Under the pieces are notes generated by a model. It worked only from the letters and a program-made list of their open reading frames with translations. It did not search any database and was not told the origin of the DNA. Below, in pieces: positions 14,446 through 31,110 of a DNA stretch of 64,000 nucleotides. The stretch lies in the NCBI RefSeq assembly GCF_009914755.1, contig NC_060945.1; one strand, 5' to 3'. A program made the position numbers and the translations under genes. Position 1 is the stretch's first letter; each line of letters opens with the position of its first letter. This stretch comes from the human T2T-CHM13v2.0 reference genome, Homo sapiens.

Positions 14446-14983
14446 CTTGAAAAGAAAAGATTTGCGATGAACTAAATGAAGCAGTAATGTCAAAGTAAAA
14501 AGGACAGAGTCTTTATATAGCTTTTAGAACAAAATAAATAAAAAGCTAGGCAGTACTAATTTAGATAAGTGGTTATAAAAGTGGATCATAGTAGCAAAAA
14601 AAGGTGCTACATGGGGATAGCTGCTTTTTTGCTTTCTTCAATCGCATGAACCCGGGAGGCAGAGGTTGCAGTGAGCATTTAAGAAAAAAACGCTTAAGGA
14701 TTGAACGTGCCCTTCTTTCACTTTTGCCCATCTTAATCATTTCCATCATAGAAAGCATTTCTTCTAATAGGAAGCAAAAATCTGCCCTACTTTCCCATAG
14801 ACTGTGGTTCAATCCTTAAACAGCCAGTTTCAACATTCTAGAAGTCATTCTTCAAATCATAAGCAATCACAAGAAGACAGTCATTAAAAACCAACTGTGA
14901 CATCTTCACACTGAAATGGCAGAAGCAGAGGATTCATCAAGTTACCCTAAAGAATAAGTAAAACCTAACAAAGACAATAGTAA

Positions 14984-15146
<163 letters not shown>

Positions 15147-15848
15147 TAACAACCTCCTGTAGCAGAGGATTATCAGAATGCATTAAAGAAAACTGTGCAA
15201 AGTGTATCATGACCACATCAATTTTATTAGGTCAACTGAAAGTGGTAACAAGACATATGGGCAGGCCAGTGACTACTCCACACTGAATGAGCTCATAAAA
15301 TCTATAATAAAAGGTAAAATTAATAAATATCAACATACAAACCCTTCCAGGGAAAGAGCTGACTGGTATGTTTAAAGGGAAAACCATGCCTGGACTCAGG
15401 CGGAATGAACTGCTGGTGCAGAGACCTTAAGCTGTGGCTGGAATATAGTGAGTGAGGAAAGGAGTGGTGTTAGATAAAGTCAGAGAAGCAGGCAGGGACC
15501 AGATAATGCAGGGCTTTGTGAGACAGGGTAAAGAGTTGGGATTTGTTCAAGGGAAGCCATTGGAAAGTTTGGGGCAGAGGAAGTACATAACAGATTGTGT
15601 ATTAAAAAGATCACTTTGGCTACTAAGTGGAAAATGCACTGTAGATGGCAAGAGTGAAAGCAAGGAAGGTGAGTGAAAACAAAGAGGAACTTGGATAAGG
15701 GAAGTAGTAGTAGATGAGATGTTATAAGGTGCATAGATTCAGAATATGTTTCAGAGTTAAAAGTTGAAAGGACTTGCGGATGGATGGGCTGGGGCATGGC
15801 TATGAGGGGAAAAGAGAATCAAGGATTACCTTAAACAACTAAGGAAAC

Positions 15849-16069
15849 CAGGGGTATCCAATCTTTTGGCTTCCCTGGGCCACACTGGAAGAAGAATTGT
15901 CCTGGACCACACATAAAATATACTAACGCTAATGACAGCTAATGAGCTAAAAAAAAAAAAAAATCGCAAGAAAACCTCATAATGTTTTAAGAAAGTTTAC
16001 AAATTTGTGTCTCATTCAAAGCCGTCCTGGACTGCATGCAGCCCATGGGCTGTGAGTTGGACAAGCTTG
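15849..16069 (+). mobile_element. MER30 hAT-Charlie non-autonomous element
   Basis: caggggtatccaatcttttggcttccctgggccacac...ttggacaagcttg matches recalled MER30 consensus ends. Confidence 0.8.
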
Positions 16070-16164
16070 AGTTAAAGGATGATCCCATTTTCTGAAATTG
16101 GGAAGGCTAGGAAAGGAAGCAGGTATGTGGAGAAAAGTCAAAGTCAAATGTATAGGAGAGGTGT

Positions 16165-17970
16165 GCTAAATTTTACAAAATGAGAGGGATGAAAGAAGAT
16201 ATAAATAAATAAGAAGATACAGTAAGTTCATAGACTGGAAACCTCAACATATTAAAGATGTCAATTCTCCCCAAACTGCTATACAGGTCTAATGGACTTA
16301 TCAGAATCTCAGGAAGACTCTGTTGACATTGAAAATATTATCCTAACATTAAATGGAAACTCAAAGAGACTAGAAGAGTTAAAACAATTTTGATTAAAAA
16401 ACAGTAACAAGGGAGGAATTACTCTACCTGATTTCACAGCCTATTTAGAGCTACAGTAATCAAGACTGGGTGGTACTGGTAGAGAGCTAAACATATGTGA
16501 TCAATGGAACAGAATAGAGGACCCAAAAATAGGCCTACATAAATATGCTCAGCTAATTTTTAACAAAGAGGCAAAAGTAACTCAGTGGAGGAAGAGTGGC
16601 CTTTTCAACGAATGGTGTTGGAGCAATCTGACATCTATAGCCCACAAAAAAAAAAACACAAAAAAACCTAAACCTAAATCTCACACTCATAGAAAAATTA
16701 ACTCAAAATGGACCACAGATTTAAACAAATGTAAAACTCTAAAACTTTTAGGAGGGAAAAAAAAAAGGAGAAAATCTTTGGGATGTAGGACTGGTCAAAG
16801 AGTTCTTAGAATTAACCCCAAAAACATAATCTATAAAAACAAAAATGTTATCAAATTTTAATAAACTAGTTTCATCAAAATTAAAAACTTCTCTGCAAAA
16901 GGCTGCTCAGAGAATGAGAAAACAAGCCACATATACAAACACAAGGTACAGACAGAAAAAGAGAGAAATCTGAAAACTACATATCTAACAAAAAACTAGT
17001 ATCTACAACATATAAAGAACTCTCAAAACTCAACTGTTAAAAAGTAAAACAATCTAATTAGAACACTAGCAAAAGACATAAACAGACATTGCACCAATGA
17101 AGATATACAGATGGCAAATAAGTACATGAAAAAATGATCAATACCATTGGTCAACAGAGAAATTCAAATTAAAACTACAATGAGAAATCACTACAAACAT
17201 ATCAGAATGACTAAAACAAAAAAAAAAAGTAGTGACAGCATCAAATGCTAGTGAGGATGTGGAAAAACTGATCACTCACACATTGCCAGTGGGAATGTAA
17301 AATGGTACCGTCACTCTGGAACACTTTGGTTGTTTCTTAAAAAACTAAACATACACTTATCATATGACCCAGCAATTGCACTCCTGGGTATTTATCCCAG
17401 AGAAATATTCACAAAAACCTGCACACAATGTCACAGCAGCTTTATTTGTAATAGCCAAAGACTGAAAATAACTCAGATGTCCTTTGATGGATGAATGGTT
17501 AAACAAACCATGATACATCCAGACCAAGTAATACTACTTAGCAATAAGAATGAATGAACTACTGATATACTCAATGTACTCGGATGAAATCTCCAGAGAA
17601 TTATACTGAGTGAAAAGTGCCAATCCCAAAAAATTACATACCGTTTGATCCCATTCATATAATATTCTTGAAGTGACAAAATTATAGAAAAGGAAAACAG
17701 ATAAGTAGTTGGCAGGGGTAAGCAGGCAGGGTAATGGGGACAACAGAGGGAAGTGGCTGTAAATGCGTGTGTCTATAAAAGGCCAACATGAGGGATCCCC
17801 GTAGTGAAGGAATTGTCCTGTATCTTCATTGTATCGCTGTCCATACCCTGGTGGTGATACTGTATTTTAGTACTGCAAGATGCTACCATTGAGGAAACCA
17901 AGTAAAGGTACATGGGATCTCTCTATGTCTTATAACCCAATTATCTCAAAATCAAAAATTTAAATAAAAA
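16165..17970 (+). mobile_element. L1M (L1MC/MD-like) 3' ORF2 and 3' UTR fragment
   Basis: aagatgtcaattctccccaaa..., gacccagcaattgcactcctgggtatttatcccagaga..., A-rich end. Confidence 0.85.
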
Positions 17971-18363
17971 GATTAGCAAGGGGTGGGAGCAATGTGGAAA
18001 ATGTCAGGCTTCGGGTCATGATGGATCATTAAAATTAGAGGGAAGAGCATGCCAAATTTAAGCTTAAAAGGCATTCCAGAAAGTCTTACCAATACGCACT
18101 CTAATACCCCCTCTGTCAATGTACCCTCACCTATGCTAACTTGAAATTTTTAAATGCTATGTCAATTTAATTTTTTCAACTAATGTTTCTTTTGTAATTG
18201 TATATTTACACCCTGGGCAACTTTGTTTTTAATCATAAACCTGAGTTTATAAAATATTAGTGTCACATAACTTAAGAAAAATTAAAAGTTTATATTCTTC
18301 AAACTGGTATAAAATCAAGTCCGGAATTATATCTATACCCAAATTGGAAGAACTAGAACTTTA

Positions 18364-18630
<267 letters not shown>

Positions 18631-19455
18631 TCAAGAACATTATATATGGTTCAATTCAGTTTCTAATGACCCCTGACATAATGATCTCAAGTAAAGAGGC
18701 TAAAACTTTGAAAATTAAATCAAATGAACCATTTTCTTAATTAGCATTGATATAGGTTTTAAGGTCTTTAAGAGTCACGCAACACATCATGCTATCAAGC
18801 TGATCCAATTGCCTAAAACCGATCATCTACAACCTTACAATAACCCATGTAACGAAGCTGAGAATTCAGTGTGTAGGACAGATTGTGTTCAGAAACAAAG
18901 GGCAGTTTCTAGAGGAAAAAAGTGAAGTCCAATTCATAAAAACAGGAGGTTGAGAAAATGGATCCAGGTCATGAAGTCATTTCTGCAGAATGCATTGTCT
19001 TGGGACTTGCTCCCCATGGGAGAACGTCATCATAAGCAGTGGACCTTTCTCATCCATGCGTGAGAAAGCACATTCTGGCTTAACTTACATGTATCATAAG
19101 TAATTACTAGTTAGTCAGTATTCATATGAATTACGATGTTCAATTCATCACAACGACTATCTTGCCCAGTTTCAAAACACCTAAAAATTACATTCTTAAA
19201 CAGTGGTTTTCAACTCAAAATTAAATAAAAATAGCAAACAATAAAATGAGGATTATAGAAACCACAAGTGTTCCTGAAGATAATTTAAAGCTTCCATTTA
19301 CCACCATAACAAAACAATGAACGAAGCAACCAAAAATAAGGTAATAAGAACAAAATAAGACACAAATTCATCTTTTTTGGTCATATGCTTCATTCAGATA
19401 ACAATAAAGCTAAGCCTTACTCTAACATAGCAGCCAGTTTTTAGACTTTTACTTA

Positions 19456-19557
<102 letters not shown>

Positions 19558-19809
19558 TCAAAATATGTGAAAAGGTGTTTAAAGATACCTCCCTTTCTCT
19601 TCCTCTTCAGCCATACTTTCTGAGAGTAGGTTACACTTGGAACCTCCCTTTAATCTGGCCACAGCCCCATGACTCTGCCAAACTGTTCTCAACAAAGTCA
19701 CAGACCTGCTTGGTGTCAACCCAGTGGACATTTTTTGGTCCTCATTTTCTTAATACGAATGCTCACCTCCACTTCTCAATGTGTTCTTTCTTTCCATTTT
19801 TATTTCTTT

Positions 19810-20253
<444 letters not shown>

Positions 20254-21114
20254 TGAGCTACAACTTATGTAGTTGTATGTCCTATATCTCTGCTTCTAAT
20301 CTACCTACCTCTTCTGACCACCAAACTGTATATCCAAGACCCATTTGGACATCCTCTAGGATGTTCCACAAGCACCTTACCCTGAAATTTGCAAACTGCA
20401 CAAATTACCACCTCTTTCCCCGCCCAAACTTGTTCTTCCTCCTGAATTTCCTGTCTTAGTACGATACCACCAACCACCCAGGTGTCCATGTGAAAAACCT
20501 GGGAGATTTCCTTGATTCCTTTCTCCTACCATATCTCCTTTATTCAATTCATTATCAAGTTGTCAATTTGACTGCCCAGTATCTCTCAAATCTACCCAAT
20601 TCTGTCAGTATAGCTAAAGGCACAGATGAAACTGCACAGCCCAGGTTCAAACCATGACTTTACCATTTACTATTGAGAGCTTTGTCTGTTTACCTCAGGG
20701 TGCTAAACAAGTAATATGTGTAGGTGCACCACAGGTGTATGCACAATTATGTGGCAAAGTTAGGGAACACTGGTTTATGCAAAAACACCCACTGACTGCT
20801 ACAGTCCCCCAGGCACTAATAAGGGTGCCAATTCGCTTGAATACTTATCCCTCCTGACCCACCTCCAAGAGATGCTCCTGTCCCCTGAGAGTCAAAGCCA
20901 CAAAAAGGTCCCACCCTTACTCCTGCAGCAGAAGGACTCAATCACTGACCCACCTTCAATGAACCAACTCTTTTGTCCTATCAAGCTTCCTCCAGAATTA
21001 TCCCCTTCCTCCTACCACACACTCAACTAAGTTACAAAAGTCCCAGAAGCCGCTACCAGTCCTTGACAGTTAGAGGAATGGGAAATCTCAATGTGTACTG
21101 AATGGAAGTCAAAA

Positions 21115-21395
21115 GTACACTGTCCAGTAAAGTACCATGGTGCACTTAAATGTGATTAGTACTAGTTAAAATGTGCCTTAAGTGTAAAACACATACCAGG
21201 TTCTGAAGATTTAGTGAAAAAGAATATAAAATAACATCAATATTTTAATATTGATTACACTAACATTTTAGATGTATCATTTAAATAAAATCATTAAAAT
21301 TAACTTCAACTTTTGTTTTGACTTTTTTTCAATGCAACTACAGAAAATTTCAAATTATACAGATGTCTCATATTATATTTCTTTTGGGCAGCATG
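21115..21395. mobile_element. MER33-like hAT-Charlie element
   Basis: cactgtccagta...aagtgtaaaacacataccagg...gaagatttagt...ttgggcagca. Confidence 0.65.
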
Positions 21396-21658
21396 TGCCT
21401 AGACTTTTGTCACAGAGAGTGACTTCACGTGTTCAGATAGTCCAAAGAATTTTCTTGTCGAATCAATGCTATAAATGGTGGTTTGGTTCTACAATACTAT
21501 CTGTACTCTAGTTAAAACAGTACATTACAACTGGTTTCTAAATCCACTGGTTCCAGGACACGCTAAAAATGTTTCAAGAAAAAGTGTTTCATGGGCAAAT
21601 ATATTTGGGAAATTTTCAATGTCCACTTTGGGAGACCGTTGAGTGCGATGAGTAAAAA

Positions 21659-21955
21659 TTTTTTTTTTTTTTTTGAGACGGAGTCTCGCTCTTTCGCCCA
21701 GGCCGGACTGCAGTGGCGCCAACTAGGCTCACTGCAAGCTCCACCTCCCGGGTTCACGCCATTCTCCTGCCTCAGCCTCCTGAGTAGCTGGGACTACAGG
21801 CGCCCGCCACCACGCCCAGCTAATTTTTTGTATTTTTAAAAGAGACGGGGTTTCACCATGTTAGCCAAGATGGTCTCGATCTCCTGACCTCGTGATCTGC
21901 CCGCCTCGGCCTCCCAAAGTGCTGGGATTACAGGCGAGAGCCACCGCGCCCAGCC
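21659..21955 (-). mobile_element. AluY
   Basis: CpG-rich, AluY diagnostics; TSD gagtaaaa-tttt. Confidence 0.95.
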
Positions 21956-22860
21956 GAGTAAAATTTTTTAAGCCACTGTTCTTCAAACTCAGCTTAACAC
22001 AGTACATGGTTTCACATGTCAATTAACATCCTATAGAAGAATACTATAAGACAGACTGCTTTGAGAAATGCCAAGCTATAAAGCATGTGTCAAAAACACA
22101 CTCATAACTAACCCAATATATTTACGATAACCTATCCCTATGAGAATTTGTAATTCAACTTCTATATACCTAAAGAAATTCTAATCAGTAAACTTTCACA
22201 ATTCTTAGGTGCATATTTTGGCTTCAGACTCTGTTATTTTTTTTTTTACAGCACAGGTTTCTCTTTCTAGTTAGTTCTAATATTGTATTAGATTAATGTT
22301 AAAATTTAGCTCATGTTCTTACAACTGGTAGTAGAAGGTGAACTGAAAGTTTTCTGAGAACTGAGAAGCCAGGCAGGAATTAAAATGTTAAAGAAAATCC
22401 ATCAAATGAATAATTCACATGCAGAAGATTAAGACCTGGCTGTGTAAACATTTTACTTCAGCTGTCAGCCCCCTCCCAAACTGCTTGCATTTTCAATCTT
22501 ATCAGTGTCATTTTAAGTGTGGAGGGGTAGGAGAGAAACACTGCCAAATACACACAATTATATAGTCGCTTAACGTACATTATCACTTCACACTAGAAAG
22601 AAAAAAGGGAAACATGCCACTATGTTGATATAATGAGAAAGGCTGGTCCAAGAACAGAGAAGTAAAACAAAGTGAGAAAATTATCAAGGGACATGGGGAA
22701 CATTTTCCTCAGCGAAATAAATGAGATCACAGAGGTCTCAGACTGGAAAATAATACACTGTCACATGTATATCAAATATAAAAATTTTTAAGACCTGAAT
22801 TTTCTTTATTACATATAATACTGGGAGAGTTAGCCTTGATTTAAAGAAAGCCAACACTTA

Positions 22861-23151
<291 letters not shown>

Positions 23152-23877
23152 CTATAAAACTTCTTATTTACCTGTAATTAAGGTGTCAGCCTTCATTAAT
23201 ACTAATTATTAAAGAGAAAACTATACAGAAATTTTATCCAAATTATATAATTTCATCCAAATTATACAACCTTAAAATGTTTATTAAAACTATGATGCAG
23301 CAAGTAAAAATGCCAATAAATAAATAGCAAGACATAAAAATGTGTTTACAGTATGAATAAATCTAAGTTTATTAAATATATGGGGAAAAATTATTGTTTT
23401 CTTAATTAAGAAAGTTTCACTAGAAATGTAGCATCATCACCCACCCTGTACAAAGTATAGCATGTCCAATATTAAAAGTTTCTGCTTAATAAAAATGTCA
23501 ATTTTACACAATTAAAATGATGAAGAATACACATTAACAATGTGTTTAAGATTTTTAATAAAAATTCTAATTGAGCTTTCATACTGTAAATCATTACTAA
23601 TAACACAGAAAAAACCAAGCACTATTACACAAGTAATTTTTATAATGAAATTATTTCCATAAAAATCCTATTAGACTTTTTTGCATGAAATGACTTCTCT
23701 ATAAAGAATAATTTACTGTATAAAAAAATCAACATTCATGGTTTAATACAACTATTCCTTCAATGTAACTCTACCCTACTTTCTTTAAGCTGTCTACTCA
23801 ACCCAACTCCATGGAGTCGCAATCAGCTCACATATTTCTTTTGTAAGGTTTTATCTTTTAAAAAAGAAAAATGCAAA

Positions 23878-24037
23878 AGCCAAGCACAGTGGCATACACC
23901 TGCAGTTCCAGCTACTAGAAAGGCTGAGGCAGGAAGATTGCTTGGGCCCAGAAGTTCAAGGCCAGCCTGGGCAACATAGTGAGACCCCCATCTCTTTAAA
24001 AAAAAAAAAAAAGAGAGAGAGAGAAAGAAAGAAAAAA
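23878..24037 (+). mobile_element. Alu monomer (FLAM-like), antisense to MRPL39
   Basis: Single Alu arm followed by an A/GA-rich tail. Confidence 0.85.
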
Positions 24038-24932
24038 GCAGTTATGTTTCACAGATAATGAAAATTAAATCTTGACCTCAGTTTTTACCTAACTTGCCCC
24101 AGTAAAAAAAATCTTAAATTTGGAGACATACTTGAAAAGGAAGAAGCTACACTGACAGGAGCCCAGAGGTCATGAAGAAACAGTTCCAATCCCTTCCCTC
24201 CCCTCTTTCCATCCTCTTCTCTCTCTCTTCCCTCTCCCTTTTTCTCATTCTTTCTTGATTCCCTCTTCTCTCCCTCTCAATATTATGTAATATGCGCAGG
24301 ATTATACAAAAAGTAATTTCCAAGGCCAAATTTAAAGCTGGATCTGCCCTTACTCCAAAATCCTTGCTTTTAAGAACCACTACAGTATTTTACTAAATCT
24401 AAGATGTATTACTAAGGGGAAAAAAAAAAAAAAAACACTACAAATTCTAATTGCAAGATACCATCTAATATAAGGCTTATATATTTTCAGAGATATTAAA
24501 TATAAAAAGAATGTACACAGTGGAAATGATAAAATGATGTGCTACACTGCTTCCCCTTTTCAGATCTCCAGACTCCCAATACATAGGACATATAGTTTTG
24601 TTTAATTAAGAATTAGGTATTTGCCTATTCTCCCCAGTCAGAACTACATCTCCAGGCTTGACCTTTGATAACCATCAGCACCCCTTACCTACTGAGCACC
24701 TGATCTAGACTGTCCTTGTTAGGCTCTGTTGCTACCCAAGTCCCAGACCAACAAGGACCATCCTCATTACAAAGGCAAACCATTCACAAAGAGTTTAGTT
24801 TGTTAATATTTCATTTGTTGATGCTTGAGTTAGCTTTGTCAAAGTCTGATTCTTTAATTCACCCAGCTCTCAATGTGACCCTTGTATATACAGGGACCTC
24901 ACTGTATGCAACAAGTTAAAATGGTTTAGGGG

Positions 24933-25052
24933 AGTGGTTTTCAAATTGTGCTCCAGCGACCCAAACAAGTATGGCTCCAGGCCCCCTACTACCACATGGG
25001 TCAAGATAGTTAAGTTTTTATATTTTATATTCTGGGCCTCTTGAAAACCACT
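24933..25052. mobile_element. Small hAT-Charlie-type MITE remnant
   Basis: Perfect 12-bp terminal inverted repeats agtggttttcaa / ttgaaaaccact. Confidence 0.55.
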
Positions 25053-25188
25053 ACCTTAAAACCACTTAGAATGAACATCAAGAAAAGGTCAAGCAGAACA
25101 TAAAGTTTCAAGACAACTGACCATGTTGATGTAAATACTCTCATTCACATCCCTCTGTCTTAAATAGGCTGAAAAAGCAACAACACCA

Positions 25189-25246
25189 ATAGATAGATAG
25201 ATAGACAGACAGACAGATACATAGATACATAGATAGATACATAGAT
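25189..25246. repeat. (GATA)/(GACA)/(GATACATA) compound tetranucleotide repeat
   Basis: Direct reading. Confidence 0.9.
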
Positions 25247-25306
25247 TCTTTTAAATGTTCTCAACATGCAGTACCATTCAACAATACTAACATAGGAATC
25301 ATTCTA

Positions 25307-25477
<171 letters not shown>

Positions 25478-25695
25478 TTACTAATTTGCAACAACTGAAT
25501 ATTTAGACCATAAAAAGGATTAGCACTCTCTCCCAACTCTACAAATTATAAAATGGTTGCCATTCTTCCAGCTGCTTGCCAGAGCTCTGTCAAATTTCCC
25601 TTAGCCAAAAGATTGTCAACCCCAAATCACAAATATTTTTTAAACATTCAAGTTTTCTTCAAAAATGCTATTGCCATACAGATTTCATACAGTTA

Positions 25696-26019
<324 letters not shown>

Positions 26020-26386
26020 TTAATGGATACAAAATGTTACATTTCTTTTATATCCCCTAAATATCTTCTTTTTGGGGTTTTGTTCTTAGAATCATTTCTT
26101 GAGCTTCTTTCAAATATTTTAGGTATATCTACTTCTTAAAAAAAAAAAAAATTAGACACGTGATCCTACCATACTTACTATTCCAAAATCCTAGTTTTAG
26201 CAAAATTACAGTCCACACCCTGTCATTTCACCAAAGTGCTGTCACTTTCCAAAGTAATGGTCCTGTCTGGTGAAATATTACCACCTAAGCACAGCTCTTT
26301 ACAGTAGTCTACTTATACTCAGATTTCCTCCTCCTCTATACATCCAATTTGGAAATATATGCTTAAAGTAAAAAATAAACGCTAAG

Positions 26387-26775
<389 letters not shown>

Positions 26776-26920
26776 TCATGTTTCATCATAGTAAGAAAGA
26801 TTTTGTTACCCATGATAAATGACACATATGTATAATGGTAATTTATATTAGTACTAAACTCTATACGTCATCAAAAATAGGTACCAAAATATTTAAGGAT
26901 CACAAAAAGACATATACTTA

Positions 26921-27034
<114 letters not shown>

Positions 27035-28423
27035 CTAGAAAAAAAATATACATATATAAAATATATATAAACACACTGAGATTCACTAAAGTTTTGACAA
27101 TATTAAATTTTAAGTGAACTTCTGACTTAGAAAATATTTCTCATATATCTCTGTTCACACAATGTAGCAACAGTTACCATCAGGCCATGACGTTACCTCG
27201 ACCAAGCAAAAATCAAAAAAGAATGAAGCATGAACCTCAGGTTCTTAGCAATGTTTCTGTGCAAGATTTCAAACACCATAATGGTTATCAACCCCGACAG
27301 ATAGTTTTATTACCTGAAAGTATTTATTTTTAACCCACGATAAAGTTAACTTGTTAACAAACTTGTGCTAAAGTAAAATAAATATATTAATTATGTAACT
27401 TTGTATCATTTATAAATATGGAGAAAAACTCAACTTTTATGAATTATTAGTGACTCTTATCCTCTACCTAACACCCTAACACATCGTTCAGATTACTCAT
27501 ATTTACAGCAGAGCAGCAGGAACTGGGCTTTCATCTTACCAGCACATTTTGATTCATGGACATGCCTGAGATGGTATCAGAGCAATGACCTGATCAGTCA
27601 CAAGGAGAAACCTGCACCATACCTGTCCATCGTGTTCCCCTCCTGCTGACACTACTCTGTGCACTTTTCAGAAGCTCTTCTTAACATCTGAGGACTACAA
27701 AAGTGGGATCACTTCTCCATTATAAATTCAATGCAACCATATTACACTAAAAATAAGTACCGACCCAGGCCTTGAAGGCAAGTAGCAACATGTACTTCTT
27801 CATCTATCCTACCTAAATGTCTCTAAATGTCTGTTGAACTCCAGTCAGAATGCCTAGGTTCAAATCTGGGCTCCACTATTTCCTAAATCAGTAACCTTGG
27901 TCAAGCTGCTGAACTTCTCTTTGTCTCAGTTTATTCATCGGGAAAATGGGGAGAATAGCACGAACTCACAGAGTTTGTATGAAGGTTAAATGAGTTAATA
28001 TCTGTAAATCACCTAGAACAGTGCCTGATACATAATACATACATACTCATTGTTGGCTATTACTGTCATTTCTATCATTTTCTTGTTCAACTATTTCAAC
28101 AAATATTTATTAAACACCTACTGTATGTATATCAAGAACTAGGTCCAATAAGGGAAATGGTCCCTATCTTCACATTCGACCGTTTATGTTACAAGACAAA
28201 ATTAAAATATCATATCTAGAGACTAGCCAAGTTGTGTGAGACCTTAGAGAAAAGAGGATTAATTTTGACAAGGAGAAACTTAGAAGTTTCCACAAAGCAG
28301 ATGGCCTTTTAATTGAATTGTAAAAGATAAATAGGATTTTAATAGAGAGAAAAGAAAATGCTCACATTTGGCGAAAGCATCAACAAAAGCAAGGTGGATA
28401 ACACAGCATAAACCATTAGTGAC

Positions 28424-28762
28424 TGATATGGTTTAGCCCTGTGTTCCCACCCAAATCTCATCTCGAACGAAGGAGAGACCTGGTAGAAGGTGACTGGATA
28501 ATGGGGCGGTTTCCCCCAGGCTGTTCTCTTGATAGTGAGTTGAGTTCTCATGAGATCTAATGGTTTAAAGGTGTTTAGCAGTTCTTCCCTCACTCTCTCT
28601 CTTGCCTCCATGTAAGATGTTCCTGCTTCCCCTTCTACTATGATTGTTAAGTTTCCTGAAGCCTCTCCAGCCATGAAAAATTGAGTCAATTAAACTTCTT
28701 TTCTTTATAAATTACCCAGTCTCAGGGAGTTCTTTATAGCCGTGTGAAAACGGACTAATACA
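28424..28762 (+). mobile_element. MaLR solo LTR (MSTA-like)
   Basis: tgatatggttt...ggactaataca termini with 5-bp TSD gtgac. Confidence 0.9.
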
Positions 28763-29308
28763 GTGACCAAGTACTCTAAAGAGGCCAGAGCAAGGAGGAA
28801 GTGGAAAGAAGCAGGGGGGAGGCCAAGCTGGAAAGGCAGGCTGGGAACAGATTATACAGGGCCTGGAAAGCTATGTGAATGTTAACAGGTAGGCAAGTTC
28901 TTTAGGTTTAAGTGACATGATCCTTGGACAAGTCACTTAATAAAGCTGTTATATGCCTGTAAAAGAACAACTTTTAAGTAACGAAAAAAAATAGTGGGGG
29001 GATGGGTAAGCAGAAAGAGTTAAAAAGTTATTGAAATCATCTAGATAAGATGGTCAAAGGCTGAATTCAAGCAGTAGCAGTGGAAATGGAATCACCCACA
29101 ATATAGAGAGTGATTAATGAATGTAAGTTGAACAAAGATATGAATATAAAAGACATAGCGTACAAAAATACCCACAAATGGATGCCACTGATAAGTTCTG
29201 AACTACAAAAGTGCCTAATCTAACAGGTAAAACATTGACTAAAGAGTACAATACAACATTTGAACTTGGCCATATTTTTACATTACACCCCATAGAAAAC
29301 AGGTCTTA

Positions 29309-29524
<216 letters not shown>

Positions 29525-29575
29525 TTATCTAACAAAATCCAGAGTGAAAAGTTACATGTTTAAGTGCTATATTTA

Positions 29576-29902
<327 letters not shown>

Positions 29903-31110
29903 TTACAAAATTTGTTCAGGCTACATCTAGTTTGAAATTAATTTGCTAATTATTAATGAAAAAAGTTACACTTGAATATTCAGAGAGCAGCATCATGGAT
30001 ACATTTGGATAGATACACACACAACTCAAAGTAAAAGGGAAATATATTAATACACACCTTCAAAAATCAGTTCTAGATTGGTTTTGGGTCTTGCTCCCAA
30101 ACCATCTCTTATTTCCATGACATAGATGCTTCAAGTTAAATACAGTAGTTATCATTTTTTAATAATTAATATTAACTCCCGGATAAGCCAATCAGCTCTG
30201 GTCTGTTTCATCATCCCAGAATGCAATGCCAACTGTTAATGCCAATTAGATGTTCTGCAATTACACAGCTACTCACAAAAGTAGTCAAACTACAAGGTCT
30301 AAATTATCAACCACTACATAAACCCCGTAAAGTCAGGGATCATGTCTACTTTTGCTCACTCATCAGTATATCCAGAGTCTAGCACCAGGCCTGGAATATA
30401 GCAGGTGTTCAATAACAGTTTACTGAATGACTGCAAGCATGAATGACAAGAACGTCTCATGGCAGGGGTCATGCTGAGGATGTTTCAGAAGCTTCATCAC
30501 TACATGTGATGTGTATAAAGCTCCTTAAGGGCCTGAGTTTTGTCTTATCCTCCTCTGTAGTCCTAATGCCTATCATATCGCAGAGGTTCCAGAAATACTT
30601 GAAAACCAAATGAGTAAATATTTATAAGTACTAATTCAAATGCCAGAGTGAAGGAAGATTAAGAGTGAGTGTACACTCTCTAGGCCAGTTTAAGCTGATA
30701 ACTAAAGTTGTTAATTACTTAAATGGAATGGTTACTGAGTTTTCCAAAAGTTTAAGCAATGCAGCTAGTCATGCCTGTATCTGTTTTGGGGCTTCTTTAG
30801 TTTAAATATTACCAGTTCTATCAAACGTACTATCAAAACATTTTGATCAAAAATAAAATATAGAAGTTCTTATTCCCTTCATTTCCACACAAAATCACAC
30901 ATGGGGCACAGTTGTCTCCTTTAAGATATACATAAATACTTTTACCCCAATCACATTCACCCCATGCACATTCCCACTCACACATTTACCACATGTACAT
31001 CTAAATGTCAACAAAAATACAACACAGAGAGAGCCAAGTGGAAAGCAGATGATAGATTAAGTTAGGCTATACAATGAAGAGGGGAGAAAGAAAAAGGCAG
31101 CAAAAAAAAG

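Noticed and set aside
27197-27313. Possible 117-nt cryptic exon in intron 3 (TTTCAG|...GAG|GTAACG)
   Set aside because: Polypyrimidine tract is A-rich and poor, and there is an in-frame stop; such site pairs are common by chance.
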